A stretch of 64,000 nt of DNA. It comes from Nitrospinaceae bacterium (GTDB taxonomy: Bacteria > Nitrospinota > Nitrospinia > Nitrospinales > Nitrospinaceae). The position numbers and the translations under genes were made by a program. The notes under the pieces are model-generated. The model did no database searches. It saw only the letters and a list, made by a program, of their open reading frames with translations, and had not been told where the DNA came from. Positions 40,196 through 49,028 of this stretch are shown one piece after another (position 1 is the first letter of the stretch; every line of letters starts with the position of its first letter). The DNA is taken from the NCBI GenBank assembly GCA_965223665.1, contig OZ245011.1, positions 3,584,001-3,648,000 of the forward strand, in the 5' to 3' direction.

Positions 40196-40636
40196 ATGGC
40201 TGATTGGAAAGAAATATTTAAGGATAATGGAAATGGAACAATTTCAGACTCTGATTCTGATTTACAGTGGGCAAAAAAGGACTCCAGGCAGGAATTAGGA
40301 AAGTGGCTCAATTGGGATGAAGCGAACTCCTATAAAGATGTCTGTAATGAACAAAAATATTTAGGATTTGATGATTGGAGGCTTCCTACAAAAAGTGAAA
40401 TTCGTGGGTTGGTAAAATTCAAGGAAGCATACTACGAATTATTTATGAATCTCCCTCCTAAAAAGAAACGGAATGTTTCAGATTACCAGCCAGGAGGAGA
40501 ATGGAGCTTGTGGACTTCTGATACGCGTTATGATTCATATGCTTGGAAATGTTATTTCCCTTCCGGTAAGGAAGTTTGTGTTGATCAACAGGTCTCAACT
40601 ACAGGAACGTCTGTTCGTCTGGTCCGTGATGCTTAG
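40196..40636 (+). CDS. DUF1566 (Lcl) domain protein
   Basis: FKDNGNGTISD, DWRLPT, LWTS, VRLVR. Confidence 0.9.
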   Translation: MADWKEIFKDNGNGTISDSDSDLQWAKKDSRQELGKWLNWDEANSYKDVCNEQKYLGFDDWRLPTKSEIRGLVKFKEAYYELFMNLPPKKKRNVSDYQPGGEWSLWTSDTRYDSYAWKCYFPSGKEVCVDQQVSTTGTSVRLVRDA

Positions 40637-40682
40637 AGCCGATGACTCAGGATGTCAAAATTTATTAAGGTGAGGAAGAATT

Positions 40683-41318
40683 ATGTCTGATGAAGAAATC
40701 AATGATGAGGCTGAAGAAAAACCTAAACCCAATGGAGAATTGCCGGTAGAGGATTTGCTTGAAGACGAATCTTACGATGTTGATGAATGGATTGGTGATG
40801 ACTGGGATGATATTGAGGAAGAGGAAGAAGAAGAATTTATTCCGGAAGGCCCCAGGTTTGTGGACAACGGCAATGAAACTATTAGCGATTCCACAAATAA
40901 TTTAATGTGGAAAAGGAGTGATTCTTTTTCTCAATTCAAATATGGAATTAATTGGTACGAGGCCAATGATTATATTGAGGAATTGAATGAAAAGAAATTT
41001 GCCGGTTATGATGACTGGCGGTTATGCAGTTTTGAAGAAGCAAAATCATTATTTATGTTTACCATTTCTAATCGAGATAAAGACGGTGCAGAAATTCATA
41101 TTGATCCTCTTTTTGAAGAGGGCGGGGGGCACAATACTTGGACATATGAAGAAAAGCCGGACTATCAACAATATGCAATGCTATTTAGTTATGTGACAGG
41201 AAATGAAAAATGGGAACATAAAGATAACGAGTATTGCCATGTCCGGGCCGTTCGCGAAGAGCAAAAAGAGGAATGGGAACCTGAGTGGAGAACCGAAACG
41301 AAAAAATTTGATAACTAG
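40683..41318 (+). CDS. DUF1566 (Lcl) domain protein with acidic N-terminus
   Basis: RFVDNGNETISD, DWRL, IHIDPLF, VRAVR; poly-E leader. Confidence 0.9.
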   Translation: MSDEEINDEAEEKPKPNGELPVEDLLEDESYDVDEWIGDDWDDIEEEEEEEFIPEGPRFVDNGNETISDSTNNLMWKRSDSFSQFKYGINWYEANDYIEELNEKKFAGYDDWRLCSFEEAKSLFMFTISNRDKDGAEIHIDPLFEEGGGHNTWTYEEKPDYQQYAMLFSYVTGNEKWEHKDNEYCHVRAVREEQKEEWEPEWRTETKKFDN

Positions 41319-41352
41319 AATTTGTGTCTAAAAATATTTTTAGAGGAATTTA

Positions 41353-41568
41353 ATGGGACACTATATGATTTTCGGGAAAGAAGATTGTCCGCATACAAAA
41401 AAAGCGAGGGATGATTTTAAAAAGAAATGCCGACCATTTGTTTATATTGATGTGGATAAGAATCAGCACGGCCTTAAAAAAATGTTGGAATATTCCAATG
41501 GCGAATATGTGGTCCCGGTGATTGTGGATGTTGATAAAGGTGATGTTGAAATTGGTTACACTGATTAA
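41353..41568 (+). CDS. Small glutaredoxin-like protein (CPHT)
   Basis: IFGKEDCPHT, YIDV, VVPVIVD cis-Pro motif. Confidence 0.75.
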   Translation: MGHYMIFGKEDCPHTKKARDDFKKKCRPFVYIDVDKNQHGLKKMLEYSNGEYVVPVIVDVDKGDVEIGYTD

Positions 41569-41586
41569 TTTAAGAGGAAAATTCTG

Positions 41587-42108
41587 ATGACTGAGGAAGA
41601 AAAGAAATCGCAATCGCTGGAGGCAGTTCCAGAAAATCAAGAAGCAGTTGAAAAAAAGGATGAGGGTCCAAAACGATTTGTTGAAAAGGGTCCTTGGGTT
41701 ATTCATGATACAAAAACAGGGTTGTATTGGTTGAAAAAAGATTCTTGGCAAGAAAAGCAAAAGTTTTTTAATTGGCATGAATCTAAAGAATACGCCCAAA
41801 TGAAAAATGTTAGAAAAATTGGTGGATTTAATGACTGGAGAATGCCGAGTACCGATGAGGCTACTACTTTATTTGATGAAAACCTAAAAAATGTTGCTAA
41901 AGGTGGCGATGAAATTCACATTGATCCGGTATTTCCAGAAGGTTCTTTTAAAGTGCAATGGACTATGGCTGATACATCTACCAAAAGGCCCCGCTTTGAT
42001 TTCACCCAGGGAAAAGTAGTGCATGCTGATGAATATGCTTTTGGCTCAGTGCGAATTTGTAGAAAAGATCCTGTAAAAAAAGATGATCGGCGGCAACGAA
42101 GGAGATAA
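41587..42108 (+). CDS. DUF1566 (Lcl) domain protein
   Basis: DTKTGLYW, DWRMPS, IHIDPVF, VRICR. Confidence 0.85.
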   Translation: MTEEEKKSQSLEAVPENQEAVEKKDEGPKRFVEKGPWVIHDTKTGLYWLKKDSWQEKQKFFNWHESKEYAQMKNVRKIGGFNDWRMPSTDEATTLFDENLKNVAKGGDEIHIDPVFPEGSFKVQWTMADTSTKRPRFDFTQGKVVHADEYAFGSVRICRKDPVKKDDRRQRRR

Positions 42109-42115
42109 GGAAGCT

Positions 42116-43006
42116 ATGACAGCAACCAAAGTTAAACCTCGATATTTAGATAATGGTGATGGAACCATAACCGACCTTCGCAAAAATCTGATGTGGGTTA
42201 AAAACGATACTTGGGTTGAGCTGGGTCGTTTGATCACTTGGTGGGATGGAGCAGATTATGTGAAGGAATTGAACTCTAAAAAGTTTGCCGGGTTTTCCAA
42301 TTGGAGAATACCAAACGCACATGAGGCTAAAGAACTTTATGACCCGGGATTAAGTAATATTGATATGGAGGGATGTGAAATTCATATTGATCCAGTTTTT
42401 TCTTCAGGTTGTGGTTATTCCACATGGACTACTGAAACACGAGGAGCCAAAGCTGCTATGGGCTATGATTACCGAGCTGATTATGAGTTTTGGCTTGCTA
42501 GGGAAAACGATGGGTTCCCAAGTGGATTACGTCCCGTTAGGAGTATAGAAGAAGACGGGAAATTGCCTCGTGAAGAACGTTTTATTGATAATAGAGACGG
42601 AACGGTTAGCGATCTTGAAATGAATTTGATGTGGAAAAAAGATGATTCATTTTTGGATCTTGATAAATGGATTAGTTGGCAAGAGGCAAAAATATTCATT
42701 GGAGAGCTAAATAAAGATAATTTCGCAGGACATTCCGACTGGCGTATGCCATCCCGTAAAGAAGCGCAATCCATTCATGATCCCTCTAGCCCGGTGGAAG
42801 ATACCTATGGGGATACTATTTTTATTGTACCGACATTTTCTCCGGGTGCTGGCCAAACCTCTTGGACTAAAACTTTGCATAAGACTGATGATACGGTGGC
42901 GATTCGATTTAATTTTTATAGTGGAGATTTTAAGTTCCATAAAAAGGGTTTGAGAAGTCACGGTGTTCGACCGGTTAGGGATATTAAGGAAAGCTTGGAG
43001 AATTGA
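42116..43006 (+). CDS. Tandem double DUF1566 (Lcl) protein
   Basis: Two domains: RYLDNGDGT...LRPVR and RFIDNRDGT...VRPVR. Confidence 0.9.
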   Translation: MTATKVKPRYLDNGDGTITDLRKNLMWVKNDTWVELGRLITWWDGADYVKELNSKKFAGFSNWRIPNAHEAKELYDPGLSNIDMEGCEIHIDPVFSSGCGYSTWTTETRGAKAAMGYDYRADYEFWLARENDGFPSGLRPVRSIEEDGKLPREERFIDNRDGTVSDLEMNLMWKKDDSFLDLDKWISWQEAKIFIGELNKDNFAGHSDWRMPSRKEAQSIHDPSSPVEDTYGDTIFIVPTFSPGAGQTSWTKTLHKTDDTVAIRFNFYSGDFKFHKKGLRSHGVRPVRDIKESLEN

Positions 43007-43009
43007 TCA

Positions 43010-43468
43010 ATGAGTCAATCTTCTGCACCGAAATCTCAATCATCAAAGACGTTGCGATTTGCTGAAGCAGATGAGCATTCAGTCATTGATTTAAAGAAAC
43101 GATTAATATGGCTAAAGCAAGATACTCGACAATTGACTGGAAAATGGCTTAGTTGGGTGCAGGCCAGGGATTATGCAAAAGAATTAAATTCTGCAAGTTA
43201 TGGGGGATTCAGGACCTGGAGAATGCCTTCGGTAGAAGAGGCTCGAACTTTATTTGATAAAACTCAATCCAATAAAGACCATATGGGTCAAAAAGCTTTA
43301 ATTCCGGAAGTTTTCCCTGAGGGGTTTGGTTTTTTGTGTTGGACTAAAGATGTGCGAAATAAGGTACAGGCAATCCGTTTCAGTTTTCGAAAAGGAAGTA
43401 TTATGTACGATGATATTTACAGGGTGTCCCGAGGGGCCACTCGATTTGTGAGAGAGATAGAGAAGTAA
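43010..43468 (+). CDS. DUF1566 (Lcl) domain protein
   Basis: LIWLKQD, TWRMPS, CWT, TRFVR. Confidence 0.85.
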   Translation: MSQSSAPKSQSSKTLRFAEADEHSVIDLKKRLIWLKQDTRQLTGKWLSWVQARDYAKELNSASYGGFRTWRMPSVEEARTLFDKTQSNKDHMGQKALIPEVFPEGFGFLCWTKDVRNKVQAIRFSFRKGSIMYDDIYRVSRGATRFVREIEK

Positions 43469-43471
43469 ATC

Positions 43472-43900
43472 ATGGGTAAAAGATTCGTAGACAATGGGGA
43501 TGGGACGGTAACAGATAATGAAACCCAATTAATGTGGAAGCAAACGGATGGCTTTCAAGATGAAAGTATTTTTCACACATGGTTTAAAGCGGAAGATTAT
43601 GTTCGTAAGTTAAATTTAAAAAAGTTTGCCGGGTATAATGATTGGCGTATGCCAACATTAAATGAGGCTGAATCTTTATTTAATGAAGACGATCCAATTC
43701 GTGATTGTGACCGGTTTGAAATTTTCATTGATGATGCTTTTTCTCCAGGAGGGGGTTACACAACCTGGACTTGCGATTTAAAACCTCATAATGGGGCAGT
43801 GATTTTTTATTTTCGATACGGACATGCCAATGTCAATAACCGCGATGATCCGTCAAAAGACTCAATCCGGGCCGTGCGAAATATAATTAATAAAGAGTAA
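43472..43900 (+). CDS. DUF1566 (Lcl) domain protein
   Basis: RFVDNGDGTVTD, DWRMPT, FSPGGGYTTWT, IRAVR. Confidence 0.9.
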   Translation: MGKRFVDNGDGTVTDNETQLMWKQTDGFQDESIFHTWFKAEDYVRKLNLKKFAGYNDWRMPTLNEAESLFNEDDPIRDCDRFEIFIDDAFSPGGGYTTWTCDLKPHNGAVIFYFRYGHANVNNRDDPSKDSIRAVRNIINKE

Positions 43901-43978
43901 GGTAAATCATTATTTTTAAGAAGGAGGTTTGTCATCGAGGGCTATCATGTAATTAATCGAGAGGAAAGCCTCAATGCG

Positions 43979-44770
43979 ATGCTTACATACAGATTCGAAC
44001 AGGAGAATTTTCGTAACCTGTATGTATTGGAGGATTATTATTGCACTAATCCATTTTGCGATTGCAACCATGTGACTATTTCTTTTAGTGATAAGGAGAA
44101 TATTGATAACCGGTTTTCCTTTTTGTTGAACTTTAACAAAAAAACAGGAACATTACCCAACCAACCCGCTCTAACAACCGAACAGAATGCAATTGTTAAA
44201 GAGTTTATCGAAAGTCTTTCAGATGAGTTATTGATCTTATTTAAACAACGATATATGGAAGCAAAGGCTTTTGGGGAAAAGAACCCCATGTCCTATTTGG
44301 TATTTGAACCAGGACGTTATGTGAATTATATTGAAGTGCGCCCTCGGGGTAGCGAGCTTTTAGATTTTTCTTATAAAGGTGAAAAATATTTTGCCGAGGA
44401 TGCTTATGAATTAGATCCACGAAATGACAATAAAAGTGTCCAGCTTACCTTTTATAGATTTGAACAAGAGGATGAGAAAACACCTCCGATATTTGCATAT
44501 AAATTTTACTTTGATGAGAAAGAAAGAGAACAAGAGGACGCAAAACTTGATTCTGACAAAAGTGATATGTTATTAGAATTTAATGGGTTTATTCCTAATT
44601 TGAACGATATATTAAAAAAGCGTTACAAGGAAACAAAGGGAATTGGGAAAGAGCTTTTAAATTCTTCACCTAAATTGGAATTTCAACCTCATAAAATCTC
44701 TAGAAATGACCTGTGTCCTTGTGGTTCAGGAAAAAAATATAAGAAATGTTGTGCGTTAAAAATTAATTAA
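43979..44770 (+). CDS. SEC-C motif protein
   Basis: C-terminal RNDLCPCGSGKKYKKCC; N-terminal DYYCTNPFCDC. Confidence 0.85.
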   Translation: MLTYRFEQENFRNLYVLEDYYCTNPFCDCNHVTISFSDKENIDNRFSFLLNFNKKTGTLPNQPALTTEQNAIVKEFIESLSDELLILFKQRYMEAKAFGEKNPMSYLVFEPGRYVNYIEVRPRGSELLDFSYKGEKYFAEDAYELDPRNDNKSVQLTFYRFEQEDEKTPPIFAYKFYFDEKEREQEDAKLDSDKSDMLLEFNGFIPNLNDILKKRYKETKGIGKELLNSSPKLEFQPHKISRNDLCPCGSGKKYKKCCALKIN

Positions 44771-44850
44771 GAATTTTATTATTCTTGTTATTTAAAAATT
44801 AAAATTTAATTTCAGTAATTGATCACTGATAATTTTAAAGCGAGACCATT

Positions 44851-45405
44851 ATGAGTACCAAAGAGAAAAAAGTTAAAAAAGTCCAGGCACGTCATATTTT
44901 AGTGGCAACCAAAGAATTAGCTGAAGAATTGAAGCAAAAAATTGATGAGGGAGAGGACTTCGCTAAACTTGCTGAACAACATAGCGAGTGCCCTTCGAAA
45001 AAGCGAGGTGGCGATTTAGGTTGGTTTGGAAAAGGTGCAATGGTTAGGCCTTTTGAAGTGGCCGCGTTTTCTGCACAAGAAGGAGATATTGTTGGTCCTT
45101 TAAAAACCGAGTTTGGTTGGCATCTGATCTATGTTTATGAAATCAAAGATGATGTTGACCCTGACTCCGGGCCACCTACTGGCGATGAAGATGCGGATGA
45201 AAAAACGCTACGCTTAGTTGCAGAAAATTATGCGCATGAGTTTTTGATGTTAGGTTACTCTAGTAAAAAAGTTTTGAGTTTGTTTACCAGTACCCATTTT
45301 AAATCTGCAAATGCTGTCTATAATATTTTGGGTGAAGAGGTTATCAATGAAGTTATAGCCAAAGTTTTTGGGCAATCTGGAAAATCTGAAGAGGGAAAAA
45401 AATAG
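44851..45405 (+). CDS. Parvulin (PpiC) fused to an extra C-terminal helical domain
   Basis: ARHILV, HSECPS..RGGDLG.F..G.MV..FE, TEFGWHLI; ~80-aa extension. Confidence 0.9.
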   Translation: MSTKEKKVKKVQARHILVATKELAEELKQKIDEGEDFAKLAEQHSECPSKKRGGDLGWFGKGAMVRPFEVAAFSAQEGDIVGPLKTEFGWHLIYVYEIKDDVDPDSGPPTGDEDADEKTLRLVAENYAHEFLMLGYSSKKVLSLFTSTHFKSANAVYNILGEEVINEVIAKVFGQSGKSEEGKK

Positions 45406-45420
45406 ATTTGATCTTGGTTA

Positions 45421-45464
45421 AAAAATAAATCGCCTAAACCATTAACGGTTTAGGCGATTTTTTT
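45421..45464. terminator. Bidirectional intrinsic terminator
   Basis: AAATCGCCTAAACC/GGTTTAGGCGATTT stem between convergent genes. Confidence 0.85.
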
Positions 45465-45466
45465 AC

Positions 45467-47044
45467 TTAAAGGATCACAGAAAATACTTCTACAACATTT
45501 GAAGTTTCTCGAAGTTCTCTTATGGCTTCACTGGTGGGAGGAGAATCAATATTAATTACTGAGACCGCATTTCCCTTTTCAAGTCTTCCCAAATGAAAAC
45601 CTGCAATGTTAATATTATTCTTTCCTAAAACTTGACCCAAATTTCCAATAACACCTGGGACATCTTTATTGCTTGTAATAAGCATATGCTTTGAAATAAC
45701 TGCCTCAAAAGAATATTCGTCGAAGCCAACAATTCGTGGGTCTCCTTTACCAAATATACTTCCGGTAATTTGACGTTGGCCGCTTTTAGTTTCAACGGCT
45801 ACCTGAATAGTGCTAGTGTATTCCTTAATTTCATTGCTTTTTAATTCCTGAACTTCAATGCCTCTTTCTTTTGCAATAAAGGGGGCATTGACCATATTGA
45901 TGCCATCTATAGTTCCAGTAAAAATTCCTTTTAGGACAGAAATAGTGACTGGTTGTACATTTAGATTAGCAACCTCCCCATTGTACTGAACTTTTACTTT
46001 CGTAATGGGGCTGTCTACCAATTGGGCAACAATCTTCCCCAAATCTTCTCCCAAATTAAGAAAAGGTTTGATTTTTTTCAAAAGTTCTTCATCAATTGAA
46101 GGCATATTGACCGCATTTTGGATGCTACCATATTTTAAGAAATCGATAATTTGATCACACACGGCAATTGCCACCTTATCCTGGGCTTCTCCGGTAGAAG
46201 CGCCTAAATGCGGGGTACAAATTATTTCATCCACATCCAGTAGAGGACTGTCGCCTGGTAATGGTTCTTGATCGTATACATCTAAAGCCGCTTGAGCTAC
46301 TTTTTTATCTTTGACTGCTTGAATGAGAGCCTCCGTATCAATTAGCCCTCCTCTTGCACAGTTAATAATACGAACCCCAGGTTTCACTTGATCGAACTCT
46401 TCTTTACCCAACAAAGGTTTTCCGCCAATTTTTGGTGTGTGCAAACTAATGAAATCAGATCTACTTAACAGATCTTTAAGCTCAACTGCTTCCACCCCCA
46501 TTTTTTCCGCATGTTCTTTAGAAATATAAGGATCATAAGCAAGAACTTTCATATCAAACCCTTTAGCCCGACTTGCGACAACGGAACCAATTCGACCCAG
46601 CCCCACAATCCCTAAAGTTTTGCCAAAAAGCTCTACTCCCATAAATACTTTAGGTGTCCATTTTTTTTCTTTTTTCAGAGAAACGGTGGCTTGAGGAATA
46701 TTGCGAGACATGCTTAACATTAAAGCTAATGCATGTTCAGCAGTTGTGATCATATTTCCATCCGGAGCATTCATAACAATTATGCCCTTTTTACCAGCTG
46801 CATCCAGATCAATATTATCTACACCAACACCAGCGCGGCCAATCACTTTTAATTTGGAAGCCGCTTCAATAACATCTGCAGTGACTTTAGTTGCACTCCG
46901 AACAATTAAACCTTCATAATCGGGGATTACTTTAATCAATTCCTCTTTGGGCATTCCGGTTTTAACATCAACATCGATGCCACTTTCTTTTTGTAATATT
47001 TCAACTCCAAGCTTGGAAAGATTATCGCTAACAAGGACTTTCAT
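45467..47044 (-). CDS. serA: D-3-phosphoglycerate dehydrogenase with ASB and ACT domains
   Basis: [41 protein letters not shown]. Confidence 0.95.
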   Translation of the reverse strand: MKVLVSDNLSKLGVEILQKESGIDVDVKTGMPKEELIKVIPDYEGLIVRSATKVTADVIEAASKLKVIGRAGVGVDNIDLDAAGKKGIIVMNAPDGNMITTAEHALALMLSMSRNIPQATVSLKKEKKWTPKVFMGVELFGKTLGIVGLGRIGSVVASRAKGFDMKVLAYDPYISKEHAEKMGVEAVELKDLLSRSDFISLHTPKIGGKPLLGKEEFDQVKPGVRIINCARGGLIDTEALIQAVKDKKVAQAALDVYDQEPLPGDSPLLDVDEIICTPHLGASTGEAQDKVAIAVCDQIIDFLKYGSIQNAVNMPSIDEELLKKIKPFLNLGEDLGKIVAQLVDSPITKVKVQYNGEVANLNVQPVTISVLKGIFTGTIDGINMVNAPFIAKERGIEVQELKSNEIKEYTSTIQVAVETKSGQRQITGSIFGKGDPRIVGFDEYSFEAVISKHMLITSNKDVPGVIGNLGQVLGKNNINIAGFHLGRLEKGNAVSVINIDSPPTSEAIRELRETSNVVEVFSVIL

Positions 47045-47108
47045 GTTTAAACTCCAAAGGGTATATATTCAATAAAGATGTTGATTTAAATTTTTTAAGT
47101 ATCCATAT

Positions 47109-48254
47109 TTAATAGGCTTCTAATAGAATTTCCTGGGCTGCCGCCACACCTTTTCCCATTTCAACCGGGTGACCAAATTTTTTCAAAGCCATTTCTAAGG
47201 CGGAGATTCCTATAATGGTATCAAAAGTATCAACATAACCAAGGTGTGCAATGCGAATAACTTTTCCTTTCCATTGATCTTGTCCTCCAGCCATTGTGAC
47301 ACCAAATCCATCTCTTAAAGTTTTGACTATTTTCCCACCATCAATTCCTTCGGGAACAAAAACTCCTGTTGCGCTATCTGCAGGAGAATCTGTGGCTATT
47401 ATCTTTAATCCCAAAGCTTTAACAGCTGCTCGAGTAGCTCTTGCTAAACGGTTATGGCGTTTATGGACATTTTCGATGCCTTCTTCCTTAACGCTCTTGA
47501 GTACAGAACGTAAGCCTATGACCAGCGAAACAGCCGGTGTATAAGCAGAAGTTTGATTTTTTAAATTTTTGCGTTCTTTCTTCAAATCAAAATAAAAGTG
47601 TGGGCACTTACTTTGATCAGCAAATTTCCAGGCCTTTTCACTTAAGGCAACCAGGGCCAGTCCCGGAGGAAGTTGTAATGCTTTTTGAGATCCAGTAATT
47701 AACGCATCAATTCCCCATTCATCCATGGGTAATGGGAAAACACCTACACCAGTAATTCCATCCACAACTAATAAAATATCATCTCGGTCTCGTGTCAACT
47801 TAGATAACTCTTCAATTGGATGAGCAGCGGTTGTACTGGTTTCACTTGCTTGAGTTAAAATTCCGCGAATGTCAGAATGTTCTTCTAAGATTTTTTTGAC
47901 TTCTTGAATATCTGCGGATCGTCCCCATTCAACGTTAAGCCATACGGGTTCCATGCCAAACGTTTCGCAGATTTTTCCCCAGCGCTCTCCAAATTTTCCT
48001 CCATTGATTACTAACAATTTATCTCCGGGTGAAAATAAATTTGTCACACAACTTTCCATTCCCCCGGTTCCTGTGGAAGCTAATATCAAAACATCTTGTT
48101 TGGTTTGAAATAAATATTTAGCATCCTCAGCCGCTTCAGCAAATATTTGGCTAAATTGAGGAGTCCGATGGTGAACCATTGGAGCTGCCATATCTAAATT
48201 AACAGTTTCTGGAACTGGAGTAGGACCAGGAGCTAATAAATAAGTCTTCTTCAT
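47109..48254 (-). CDS. Class V aminotransferase (alanine-glyoxylate/serine-pyruvate type), probably acting as phosphoserine aminotransferase
   Basis: PGPTP, HHR, STGTGGME, GSQKAL.LPPG, RIAHLG; adjacent to serA. Confidence 0.85.
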   Translation of the reverse strand: MKKTYLLAPGPTPVPETVNLDMAAPMVHHRTPQFSQIFAEAAEDAKYLFQTKQDVLILASTGTGGMESCVTNLFSPGDKLLVINGGKFGERWGKICETFGMEPVWLNVEWGRSADIQEVKKILEEHSDIRGILTQASETSTTAAHPIEELSKLTRDRDDILLVVDGITGVGVFPLPMDEWGIDALITGSQKALQLPPGLALVALSEKAWKFADQSKCPHFYFDLKKERKNLKNQTSAYTPAVSLVIGLRSVLKSVKEEGIENVHKRHNRLARATRAAVKALGLKIIATDSPADSATGVFVPEGIDGGKIVKTLRDGFGVTMAGGQDQWKGKVIRIAHLGYVDTFDTIIGISALEMALKKFGHPVEMGKGVAAAQEILLEAY

Positions 48255-48284
48255 GTTGTAAAGTTTCCTGTGAAAAATTTTTAA

Positions 48285-48746
48285 TTATGAATTTTGAACC
48301 ACGATTGTTTTAGCCAACTTATCGTGAAAAGTTTGATTATTTTCGTCAAATAGAGCCCAAAGAAACCCAATTCCTAAAGTTAAGAAAGAAATCCAATAAC
48401 CAAAAAATGATCGGATAAATGCTGTGGAATAATTTATGGGAGCTCCATTATCATTTTTAACTAAGATTCCCAGAAGCTTTTTCCCAGGAGTTTGCCCATT
48501 ATTCCCTAAAAAACTAACAAAATAAATAATCCATATAAGAGTATTTAATATAAAAAAAACTCCTAACCAAAGGATAACTTCATTGGGGAAGCCGTTATCC
48601 CAAGAATTTGCGGAAAAAATTTTACCCCAATCCGGAAACTCGTTCCCAATTGCCAAAAGTGGAGTTAAAATTATTCCCAATATTTCCAAAATAGTAATAT
48701 CTACCAAAAGTGCAAGATATCGGCGATACAAACCGGCTTTTTTCAT
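48285..48746 (-). CDS. RDD family membrane protein
   Basis: RRYLALLVD, GQTPGK, HDKLAKT.VV. Confidence 0.9.
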   Translation of the reverse strand: MKKAGLYRRYLALLVDITILEILGIILTPLLAIGNEFPDWGKIFSANSWDNGFPNEVILWLGVFFILNTLIWIIYFVSFLGNNGQTPGKKLLGILVKNDNGAPINYSTAFIRSFFGYWISFLTLGIGFLWALFDENNQTFHDKLAKTIVVQNS

Positions 48747-49028
48747 GGAAGATATCAGAGAATGGATTTTGGGACGATGAAACGACTTCTATTGATTAAA
48801 AAAACTAGTGGCAATCAAAAGCCAACTATTTTTAATCCAAATTGGAGTTTTTATCAGATTTTTCAATGAAAATCACTACAAAATCGGGCTTTTTTGAAAT
48901 TTTTAAACCTAAAGCTTATAATGGATTCTTAAAAAAAAGAAATAGCCCATTAAGTTTCTGTTTAATAAGATATTGGGGTCACAAAAAAGAATTTATAATT
49001 GCAATGGAGGATTTAAGACAGGAAGGGA

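Noticed and set aside
41353-41580. Selenoprotein read-through in the glutaredoxin-like gene
   Set aside because: The active-site codon is TGT and the stop is TAA; no in-frame TGA
36676-43900. Active diversity-generating retroelement targeting DUF1566 or FGE domains
   Set aside because: No reverse transcriptase, Avd or near-identical TR/VR pair seen in the window; paralogs differ at all base types. A remote DGR cannot be excluded.
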